Part shown: in pieces, positions 29,801 to 36,452 of the stretch
How positions within the stretch are numbered: position 1 is the stretch's first letter
Layout: each line of letters begins with the position of its first letter
Virus record (IMG/VR): IMGVR_UViG_3300042564_004221
Span: 1 to 64,000 of that record
Source of the DNA: a virus
Strand: one strand, 5' to 3'
DNA: 64,000 nucleotides
Notes under the pieces: generated by a model
Seen by the model: only the letters and a program-made list of their open reading frames with translations
What the model was told of the DNA's origin: nothing
Databases searched by the model: none
Made by a program: the position numbers and the translations under genes

Positions 29801-32800
29801 ACCTGAAGCACCTTCTAAATTACTCTCCCAACTACAAAAAGTCCCTGTTCCACTTATTGATGTTACTTCTAATACTAATGCACCTGTTGAAGGATTATAA
29901 CTAACAACTTTACCTGTAAAATAATTCGTTACGCTATTTGCAATTAAAACGTTTTGTCCAATAGTATATGACAGTCCTGCCCCTACATTTAAACTAACAT
30001 TAAGACCGATAGTTAAACCACTTAAAGTTATACAGTCCGTAGACAATCCAGAATAATCAGAAGATGTTCCGCTAGTTCCTGAAGAACCACTTGAGCCAGA
30101 TGTTCCTGAAGAACCAGATGTTCCTGACGAACCACTTGAACCTGAGCTACCATTTGTTCCGCTAGAACCTGAAGAACCGCTCGTACCTGATGAACCTGAA
30201 CTACCATTAATACCTGATGTTCCTGAGCTACCACTTGAACCTGATGAACCTGATGAACCTGAACTTCCACTTGTTCCTGAAGAACCACTAGTTCCCGATG
30301 AACCACTTGAACCTGAAGTACCCGAGCTACCACTTGACCCTGATGTTCCAGAAGAACCTGAACTTCCACTTGTTCCTGAAGAACCACTTGAACCTGATGT
30401 TCCTGAACTACCTGAAGAACCGCTGGTTCCACTTGAGCCAGATGTTCCACTTGTTCCAGAACTACCTGAACTACCATTGGTACCACTTGAACCCGAACTT
30501 CCACTAGTTCCTGATGAACCCGAACTTCCACTAGTTCCTGATAAACCTGAACTACCTGAAGTTCCACTTGTTCCGCTTGAGCCTGAAGAACCAGATGTTC
30601 CTGAACTTCCGCTAGTACCTGATGAACCCGATGTTCCACTTGAGCCTGAACGTCCACTAGAACCTGAAGAGCCAGATGTTCCTGAAGAACCTGAGCTTCC
30701 ACTTGCTCCTGATGAACCACTTGAACCAGATGTTCCTGATGAACCTGAACTTCCATTAGCACCACTTGTTCCAGAACTACCCGAAGAACCTGAAGTTCCA
30801 CTTGAACCTGAAGAGCCAGAGGTTCCGCTTGAACCTGAACTACCATTGGCGCCGCTTGTTCCTGAAGAACCACTTGACCCAGATGTTCCTGAAGAGCCCG
30901 AACTACCACTTGTTCCAGAACTACCCGAACTACCATTAGCTCCTGATGTTCCTGACGAACCACTTGAACCTGAAGTTCCTGAACTTCCACTAGTACCTGA
31001 AGAACCTGAACGTCCGCTTGAACCAGATGAACCAGAACTACCTGAAGAACCGCTAGTTCCACTTGACCCTGAACTACCGCTAGTGCCTGATGACCCTGAA
31101 CTACCGCTAGTTCCACTTGACCCTGAACTTCCACTTGTTCCTGATGAACCTGAACTTCCATTAACACCACTTGTTCCACTTGAACCTGAACTTCCGCTAG
31201 TACCTGAAGAACCAGATGTTCCACTTGAGCCCGAACTACCATTAGCTCCTGATGTTCCCGAAGAACCACTTGACCCAGATGTTCCTGACGAACCACTTGT
31301 TCCGCTTGAACCAGATGTTCCTGACGAACCACTTGTTCCGCTTGAACCTGAACTACCATTCGCACCTGAGGTTCCACTAGTACCTGATGAACCTGAAGTT
31401 CCTGAACTACCACTAGTTCCAGAAGAACCTGAACGTCCACTTGAACCAGACGAACCACTTGAACCTGAACTACCACTCGAACCGCTTGTTCCTGATGAAC
31501 CAGAAGTTCCTGAAGAACCCGATGTTCCACTTGTTCCAGAACTACCTGAACTACCATTCGCACCTGAGGTTCCACTTGAGCCAGATGAACCTGAAGTTCC
31601 TGAGCTACCACTTGTACCTGAAGTTCCTGATGAACCTGAGCTACCATTGATTCCACTTGTTCCTGAACTACCCGAAGAACCGCTTGTTCCGTTTGTTCCG
31701 CTTGAACCAGATGTTCCTGAAGAACCTGAGGTTCCGCTAGTTCCTGAAGAACCTGAGGTTCCGCTAGTTCCTGATGAACCTGAACGTCCACTTGAACCAG
31801 AACTACCTGAAGAGCCAGATGTTCCTGATGAGCCAGAACTTCCACTTGTTCCCGATGAACCTGAACTACCACTAGTTCCTGATGAACCAGAACTTCCATT
31901 TGCTCCGCTTGAACCTGAAGTTCCTGAGCTACCACTCGTTCCTGAAGAACCGCTTGAACCAGATGTTCCGCTTGAACCCGAAGAACCATTAGCACCTGAT
32001 GTTCCCGAACTTCCACTTGAACCGCTAGTTCCTGAAGAACCCGAACTTCCATTAACACCACTTGTTCCACTTGAACCTGAACTACCGCTCGTACCCGAAG
32101 AACCTGAGCTACCTGAACCTGATGTTCCCGATGAGCCCGAACTTCCATTTGTTCCTGAAGAACCTGATGAACCGCTAGTTCCAGAACTACCTGAACTACC
32201 ATTAACACCACTTGTCCCACTTGAACCAGAACTACCGCTTGTGCCAGAAGAACCATCTCCTCCTGACGCTCCTTCTAAATTAGTTTCCCAATTACAAAAA
32301 GTTCCCGTTCCTGATATTGCGGTTACTTGTAAAACTAAAACACCTGTTGAAGGATTATAACTAATAACTTTACCTGTAAAATAATTACTTACACTATTTG
32401 CAACAAGTACACTTTGTCCTATTGTATAAGAAAGATTTGTACTTGCGGTTAAAGTAATATTTAACCCAACGGTTAATCCACTTAAAGTTATACAATCCGT
32501 AGATAATCCAGAATAATCAGAAGAGGTTCCGCTAGTTCCTGAAGAACCACTTGAACCTGAAGTTCCACTTGAGCCAGATGAACCTGAACTTCCATTAGTT
32601 CCGCTAGAGCCACTTGAACCAGAAGTTCCTGATGAACCACTTGAACCAGAGATTCCTGAAGAACCTGAGCTTCCGCTAGTTCCCGAAGAACCACTAGAAC
32701 CCGATGTTCCTGAACTACCACTTGTTCCTGATGAACCACTTGAACCCGATGTTCCCGAACTTCCTGAACTACCATTAACACCACTTGTTCCCGAAGAACC

Positions 32801-35077
32801 GCTTGAGCCAGAAGTTCCTGATGAACCTGAACTTCCACTTGTACCTGAAGAGCCACTTGAGCCTGAAGTTCCACTTGAGCCTGAAGAACCGCTTGTTCCA
32901 CTTGAACCTGAAGTTCCCGATGAACCTGAACTACCACTTATACCAGATGAACCTGAACTACCACTTATACCAGATGAACCTGAACTACCATTAGTCCCTG
33001 AAGAACCACTTGAACCAGATGTTCCTGAAGAGCCACTTGTTCCTGAAGAGCCACTTGTTCCTGACGAGCCACTTGTTCCTGATGAACCTGAAGAACCACT
33101 TGAGCCTGAACCTGATGTTCCAGATGAACCTGAACTTCCACTAGTTCCTGACGAACCACTTGAACCAGATGTCCCTGAACTACCACTTGAACCTGAGCTT
33201 CCACTTAAACCTGAACTACCGCTTGTCCCTGAACTACCCGAACTTCCGCTAGTTCCTGAAGAACCCGAACTGCCAGAACCTGATGTTCCTGATGAACCCG
33301 AACTTCCGCTAGTTCCTGAAGAACCACTTGTCCCTGAACTACCCGAACTTCCACTATTACCTGAAGAACCACTTGAACCTGATGTTCCCGAAGAACCTGA
33401 ACTTCCACTAGTACCCGAACTACCTGATGTTCCTGAACTTCCGCTAGTTCCTGATGAACCCGAACGACCGCTTGAGCCAGACGAACCTGAACTTCCACTA
33501 GTACCTGAAGAACCTGAACTTCCGCTAGTTCCTGATGAACCCGAAGTTCCTGATGAACCTGAGCTACCACCACTACCTGAACTTCCGCTAGTACCTGAAG
33601 AACCAGAGGTTCCTGATGAACCTGAACTTCCGTTAGTACCCGAACTACCTGATGTTCCGCTTGAACCACTTGTCCCTGAACTACCACTTGAACCTGATGT
33701 TCCAGATGAACCTGAACTTCCACCAGTCCCTGATGAACCACTTGAACCTGATGTTCCTGAACTTCCTGAACCAGATGTTCCCGAAGAACCTGAGCTACCT
33801 GAACCTGATGTTCCTGATGAACCCGAACTTCCACTTGTTCCTGAAGAACCACTTGAACCTGATGTTCCTGAAGAACCTGAACTACCCGAAGAACCATCTC
33901 CTCCTGAAGCTCCCTCCAAATTAGTATCCCAAGTACAAAAAGTACCTGTTCCTGATATTGCAGTTACTTGTAATACTAAAACACCCGTTAAAGGATTATA
34001 ACTAACAACTTGACCCGTGAAATAGTTAGTGACACTATTTGCAACAAGCACACTTTGTCCTATGGTATAAGAAAGTGAAAGTCCTACATTTAAGGTAGTA
34101 TTTAATCCAACTGTTAATCCGCTTAAAGTTATACAATCCGTAGATGAACCAGCATAATCGGGAGAAGTTCCACTTGTACCTGAACTACCACTTGAACCAC
34201 TTGAACCTGAAGAGCCACTTGAGCCCGAAGAGCCCGAGCTTCCACTTGAACCAGCATTTGTTGTAAATCCTGTTATTGTAACAACACCCCCATAGTTATT
34301 GACTAAGGTTAATGTTTCCGCAGAGCTACTAAACGTACCTCCTGTAATATATGTGTCGGTTAAACCTGTAATTGTTACGGTTCCACCTGTGGCATTATAA
34401 AGTTCTAAATTACCCGCATCATAATCCAAAGTACCACCTGTAACACCCGCCCCTGAACCTGATGTGATACCTGTGACTTGAATTACTGAACCTGTATTTG
34501 TAGTAAATAAAAGTGTATTACCCGAATAGGTTCCACCTGTAATAACAGGGTATGAACCATTAAAAATAATCCAATTTGAATCGTTTCTTGTTGCACCATT
34601 TTGACCTTCAATTGTTGAGCCAGTCCATGCGGTAATTAAATCAACACCTTGAGGTGTTGTTGACCTAACATTTGCACCATAATCACTAAAGATTACTGTA
34701 TTTGTTGCACCTGTCGCATTATCCCAAATGGTTTGATAATTGTCAATTTGAAATTGATAAAAAGTATTGCTCTCATACACATAAGCCAACATACCCAATC
34801 TTCTTCTACCTGTTGACCAATAGTCTGAGTTTAAAGTTAAGATATCAGGTGAATATCCAGCTCCCGTACCTTTAAAAAATTGAATAGGTATCGTTGAACC
34901 TGTTATAAAACCTGTTTGTCCTGAAAAGTTCCATACCAAGTCAGATAGGTTGGCAACCTCCATATAACCACCTGTATTAGATACAGAATAGGTTATACCA
35001 AAATTAGAAGTTGGTTCTAATGATAGTTGGAAACTTTGTCTCGACGCCGAGAGTGGATTATTATATGGAAAACTCAT
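23843..35077 (-). CDS. Giant Gly-Ser/Thr triplet-repeat (collagen-like) fibre protein, 3744 aa
   Basis: One open frame with a globular N-terminus, four (G-X-Y)n blocks, three copies of a ~90-aa inserted domain and a globular C-terminus. Start is coupled to the upstream gene by a TAATG overlap at 35075-35079. Confidence 0.85.
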   Translation of the reverse strand: MSFPYNNPLSASRQSFQLSLEPTSNFGITYSVSNTGGYMEVANLSDLVWNFSGQTGFITGSTIPIQFFKGTGAGYSPDILTLNSDYWSTGRRRLGMLAYVYESNTFYQFQIDNYQTIWDNATGATNTVIFSDYGANVRSTTPQGVDLITAWTGSTIEGQNGATRNDSNWIIFNGSYPVITGGTYSGNTLLFTTNTGSVIQVTGITSGSGAGVTGGTLDYDAGNLELYNATGGTVTITGLTDTYITGGTFSSSAETLTLVNNYGGVVTITGFTTNAGSSGSSGSSGSSGSSGSSGSSGSSGTSGTSPDYAGSSTDCITLSGLTVGLNTTLNVGLSLSYTIGQSVLVANSVTNYFTGQVVSYNPLTGVLVLQVTAISGTGTFCTWDTNLEGASGGDGSSGSSGSSGTSGSSGSSGTSGSSGSSGTSGSGSSGSSGTSGSGSSGTSGSSGSSGTGGSSGSSGTSGSSGSSGTSGSSGTSGSSGTNGSSGSSGTSGSSGTSGSSGSGGSSGSSGTSGSSGTSGSSGSSGTSGSSGSSGSSGRSGSSGTSGSSGTSGSSGTSGSSGSSGTSGSSGSSGNSGSSGSSGTSGSSGTSGSSGSSGTSGSGSSGSSGTSGSSGSSGTSGSSGLSGSSGSSGSSGTSGSSGSSGTSGSSGSSGTSGSGSSGSSGSSGTSGSSGTSGSSGTSGSSGTSGSSGSSGTNGSSGSSGISGSSGSSGISGSSGSSGTSGSSGTSGSSGSSGTSGSSGSSGTSGSSGSSGTSGSSGSSGTSGVNGSSGSSGTSGSSGSSGTSGSSGTSGSSGSSGTSGSSGSSGISGSSGSSGTSGSSGSSGTNGSSGSSGSSGTSGSSGSSGTSGTSSDYSGLSTDCITLSGLTVGLNITLTASTNLSYTIGQSVLVANSVSNYFTGKVISYNPSTGVLVLQVTAISGTGTFCNWETNLEGASGGDGSSGTSGSSGSSGTSGVNGSSGSSGTSGSSGSSGTNGSSGSSGTSGSGSSGSSGTSGSSGSSGTSGVNGSSGSSGTSGSSGSSGTSGANGSSGSSGTSGSSGSSGTSGSSGTSGSSGANGSSGSSGTSGSSGSSGTSGSSGSSGTSGSSGSSGSSGRSGSSGTSGTSGSSGTSGTSGSSGTSGSSGTNGTSGSSGSSGTSGINGSSGSSGTSGTSGSSGTSGSSGSSGTSGANGSSGSSGTSGTSGSSGTSGSSGTSGSSGSSGSSGSSGSSGRSGSSGTSGSSGTSGSSGTSGTSGANGSSGSSGTSGSSGTSGSSGTSGSSGTSGSSGSSGTSGANGSSGSSGTSGSSGTSGSSGSSGTSGVNGSSGSSGTSGSSGSSGTSGSSGSSGTSGSSGSSGTSGSSGSSGSSGSSGRSGSSGTSGSSGTSGSSGSSGTSGANGSSGSSGTSGSSGSSGTSGSSGSSGTSGANGSSGSSGTSGSSGSSGTSGSSGSSGTSGANGSSGSSGTSGSSGSSGASGSSGSSGTSGSSGSSGRSGSSGTSGSSGTSGSSGTSGSSGSSGTSGTSGSSGLSGTSGSSGSSGTSGSSGSSGTNGSSGSSGTSGTSGSSGTSGSSGSSGTSGSSGSSGTSGSSGSSGTSGSSGSSGTSGSSGSSGTSGSSGTSGSSGSSGSSGSSGSSGTSGINGSSGSSGTSGSSGSSGTNGSSGSSGSSGTSGSSGTSGSSGSSGTSGTSSDYSGLSTDCITLSGLTIGLNVSLNVGAGLSYTIGQNVLIANSVTNYFTGKVVSYNPSTGALVLEVTSISGTGTFCSWESNLEGASGGDGSSGTSGSSGSSGSSGSSGSSGTSGSSGSSGTSGSGSSGSSGSSGSSGSSGRSGSSGTSGSSGTSGSSGTSGSSGSSGTAGSSGSSGSSGTSGSSGTSGSSGSSGTSGANGSSGSSGTSGSSGSSGTSGSSGSSGSSGRSGSSGTSGSSGTSGSSGTSGSSGSSGTSGANGSSGSSGTSGSSGGSGTSGSSGSSGTSGANGSSGSSGTSGSSGSSGTSGVNGSSGSSGTSGSSGSSGSSGSSGTSGSSGSSGTSGANGSSGSSGTSGSSGSSGSSGRSGSSGTSGSSGTSGSSGTSGSSGSSGTSGTSGSSGSSGTSGANGSSGSSGTSGSSGTSGANGSSGSSGTSGSSGSSGTSGANGSSGSSGTSGSSGSSGTSGSSGSSGSSGRSGSSGTSGSSGTSGSSGTSGSSGSSGTSGANGSSGSSGTSGSSGSSGTSGANGSSGSSGTSGSSGTSGTSGSSGTSGSSGSSGSSGSSGSSGRSGSSGTSGSSGTSGSSGSSGTSGTSGSSGSSGTSGSSGTSGSSGSSGSSGSSGRSGSSGTSGSSGTSGSSGTSGSSGSSGTSGANGSSGSSGTSGSSGSSGTSGSSGSSGTSGANGSSGSSGTSGTSGSSGTSGSSGSSGTSGSSGSSGSSGSSGRSGSSGTSGSSGTSGSSGTSGSSGTSGSSGSSGTSGSSGSSGTSGSSGSSGTSGSSGSSGISGANGSSGSSGTSGSSGTSGSSGSSGSSGTSGSSGSSGSSGSSGRSGSSGTSGSSGSSGTSGTNGSSGSSGTSGSSGSSGSSGSSGSSGRSGSSGTSGSSGTSGSSGTSGSSGSSGTSGVNGSSGSSGTSGSSGSSGTSGSSGSSGTSGANGSSGSSGTSGSSGSSGTSGSSGTSGSSGSSGTSGSSGTSGSSGSSGTSGTSGSSGTSGSSGSSGRSGSSGTSGSSGTSGSSGTSGSSGSSGTSGANGSSGSSGTSGSSGSSGTSGSSGSSGTSGVNGSSGSSGTSGSSGSSGTSGSSGSSGTSGVNGSSGSSGTSGSSGSSGTSGSSGSSGSSGRSGSSGTSGSSGTSGSSGTSGSSGSSGTSGINGSSGSSGTSGSSGSSGTSGANGSSGSSGTSGSSGSSGTSGANGSSGSSGTSGSSGTSGSSGSSGSSGTSGSSGSSGSSGSSGRSGSSGTSGSSGTSGSSGTSGSSGSSGTSGANGSSGSSGTSGSSGSSGTSGANGSSGSSGTSGSSGSSGSSGSSGTSGSSGSSGSSGVSGSSGSSGSSGRSGSSGTSGSSGTSGSSGTSGSSGSSGTSGSSGSSGTSGSSGSSGTSGANGSSGSSGTSGSSGSSGSSGTSGTSGSSGTSGSSGSSGTSGSSGSSGTSGANGSSGSSGTSGSSGSSGTSGSSGSSGSSGSSGTSGSSGSSGSSGRSGSSGTSGSSGTSGSSGTSGSSGSSGTSGANGSSGSSGTSGSSGSSGTSGANGSSGSSGTSGSSGSSGTSGSSGSSGSSGRSGSSGTSGSSGTSGSSGTSGSSGSSGTSGINGSSGSSGTSGSSGSSGTSGANGSSGSSGTSGSSGSSGSSGSSGSSGRSGSSGTSGSSGTSGSSGSSGTSGANGSSGSSGTSGSSGSSGTSGTSGSSGTSGSSGSSGTSGANGSSGSSGTSGSSGSSGTSGANGSSGSSGTSGSSGSSGSSGRSGSSGTSGSSGTSGSSGTSGSSGSSGTSGANGSSGSSGTSGSSGSSGTSGSSGSSGTSGSSGSSGSSGSSGSSGASGSSGSSGSSGSSGRSGSSGSSGTNGSSGSSGASGAAGSSGSSGASGSSGSSGSSGASGAAGSSGSSGTSGAAEVTAVVQVTSGTISSMVTPDSANPVITDYYYGNANEGWNGGVWDELVAPTPAPKDHLHNFAPIVIADGTTSLTFRLCGNAYFYGYLTDTSAELYANILIADCDLFTNGGQGTDVDYIQLFGDSESGHSVSISATGMVCFDFEKQYSISSSCQYQAAVALVVVSDDTNSSKLDFSYQLRVIQ
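24390..34254. repeat. Degenerate 9-bp-period coding repeat (GSS/GTS/GAN/GRS triplets) in four blocks
   Basis: Continuous gaacc/cctga/ccactt pattern, interrupted at about 29805-30065, 32265-32526 and 33908-34166. Confidence 0.92.
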
Positions 35078-36105
35078 TATGCTACTGTATTACCTTTAAA
35101 GTAAATATTATCGTTGTCTATTATATAGAACGCTACGTCCGCAAATGTTGTATAAACTTTATAAGTGTTTGGCGGTATTGTTGTTCCTGTATATGTGAAC
35201 GAATTATTTCTTATTGTTGAATCTGTTATGACTGTACTCAACGTATTTGCAACTATACCAAAGTCAATCTGTGTTTGTTCTAATCCATTTGTGGCACTTA
35301 CTGGAATAACCCAAGTATACCAAGCAGCAACTCCAATACTTCCAGCTGGTACTTGGTGTGTTATAAAGTTATAAGCGGTAATTGCGTTTCCATAAGCGTC
35401 AAGACCTCCCGAAGTTTGTGGTACCACCTCAAGTTGTACCGCAGGGAATGTTCCACCCGTCCAACCTGAGAATGATACGTATTGGTTCATATCAATATTA
35501 AATTGAGTTGGGTTTATCGTATTAGGTATTGAAGAATTTGTGAATCCAAAGAATGTTCTTGAACTATCCAAATCATACAAGTATTGTCCGATACTTGTTG
35601 AACCTGTTTGAGGTTCAATAAATAAGTAAGCGAAATCAACTGATGGAGTCGATGACGGTGTAGGAGTTGGAGTTGGACTAGTACCAGGACCTTGTGTTGG
35701 AGTCGGAGTAACCGTTGGAGTAACTGTCGGCGTACGTGTATTTGTTGGAGTTACTGTCGGTGTACGTGTATTTGTTGGAGTTACTGTTGGTGTTCGTGTA
35801 TTTGTAGGTGTAATACTTGGAGTAACCGTATTAGTTGGAGTAATAGTTGGTGTTGGTGTTGGTGTTTTAGTTGGAGTTGGTGTAACACAAGCCAAGTTTA
35901 TCGTAACACCACTTAACATTTGTGTTTTTGTTTGAGCCGAATAATAGATTGTTTCATCCAAATAAACATTAAACGGACCAATGGCAGTTGAATTAGATGT
36001 TAACTTAACAAGATATGTAGAACACCCGCTTACGGTTACTTGCTGTTCTATCGCAGCATCACACCCCTCATAAATATTTGTAACGGTTATTACGTATGTT
36101 AACAT
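35077..36105 (-). CDS. Pro/Thr-linker virion-type protein
   Basis: Two beta-rich domains joined by about 80 aa of TPT repeats; translationally coupled to the giant fibre gene. Confidence 0.72.
   Translation of the reverse strand: MLTYVITVTNIYEGCDAAIEQQVTVSGCSTYLVKLTSNSTAIGPFNVYLDETIYYSAQTKTQMLSGVTINLACVTPTPTKTPTPTPTITPTNTVTPSITPTNTRTPTVTPTNTRTPTVTPTNTRTPTVTPTVTPTPTQGPGTSPTPTPTPSSTPSVDFAYLFIEPQTGSTSIGQYLYDLDSSRTFFGFTNSSIPNTINPTQFNIDMNQYVSFSGWTGGTFPAVQLEVVPQTSGGLDAYGNAITAYNFITHQVPAGSIGVAAWYTWVIPVSATNGLEQTQIDFGIVANTLSTVITDSTIRNNSFTYTGTTIPPNTYKVYTTFADVAFYIIDNDNIYFKGNTVA
35731..35810. repeat. 30-bp tandem repeat encoding [10 protein letters not shown]
   Basis: gtacgtgtatttgttggagttactgt(c/t)gg, about 2.5-3 copies. 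Confidence 0.7.
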
Positions 36106-36169
36106 CTAAAGTATTTTTCTAATAAATACCTTAACACATTGATTTTACCATAAAAATGGGGTTATTTAA

Positions 36170-36442
36170 TTAAACCTCCTCAACTATGATTTGAAATGCA
36201 CAACCATAGGTACATTCTAATATTTTAGTTGTTTCACAACCCTCAGAAGATACGACCTTTATCATTATTTCAGGTGCGGTGTCAAATATCTCAGGAATTG
36301 TTGAATTAAATGATTGTGAGGGGGGCACGGGACCAGGATTTATCGTACCAACTAATGTTTCATAATTACCAAAAATATTTGACACATAAACACTCATTGG
36401 ATAGGTACATCCCGATATTGCTTCTATTCTTACTTGTATCAT
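36170..36442 (-). CDS. Small stand-alone SprB-like beta-domain protein
   Basis: VRIEAISG..YP..VY...IP...IKVVSSEGC; similar to 9774..10001. Confidence 0.65.
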   Translation of the reverse strand: MIQVRIEAISGCTYPMSVYVSNIFGNYETLVGTINPGPVPPSQSFNSTIPEIFDTAPEIMIKVVSSEGCETTKILECTYGCAFQIIVEEV

Positions 36443-36452
36443 TATAAAAATA

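Noticed and set aside
24741-32360. Very long plus-strand Pro/Glu-rich ORFs (1719 aa and 627 aa)
   Set aside because: Antisense shadows of the Gly-Ser repeat. The limited codon set gives no stops in that frame, and the ORFs end as soon as non-repeat sequence begins.
24382-33897. Long minus-strand Val/Gln-rich ORFs in an alternative frame (1583 aa, 742 aa and others)
   Set aside because: Frame-shifted shadows confined to the repeat blocks. Only the 3744-aa frame runs through the globular domains.
24390-33907. Many N-G-S/T N-glycosylation sequons in the fibre
   Set aside because: Any Asn in the Y position is automatically followed by G-S/T, so the sequons carry no independent information. No oligosaccharyltransferase was seen.
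24390-34254. Possible CRISPR array or non-coding satellite
   Set aside because: No constant repeat with unique spacers. Variation is mostly synonymous with 9-bp periodicity, as expected for coding sequence.
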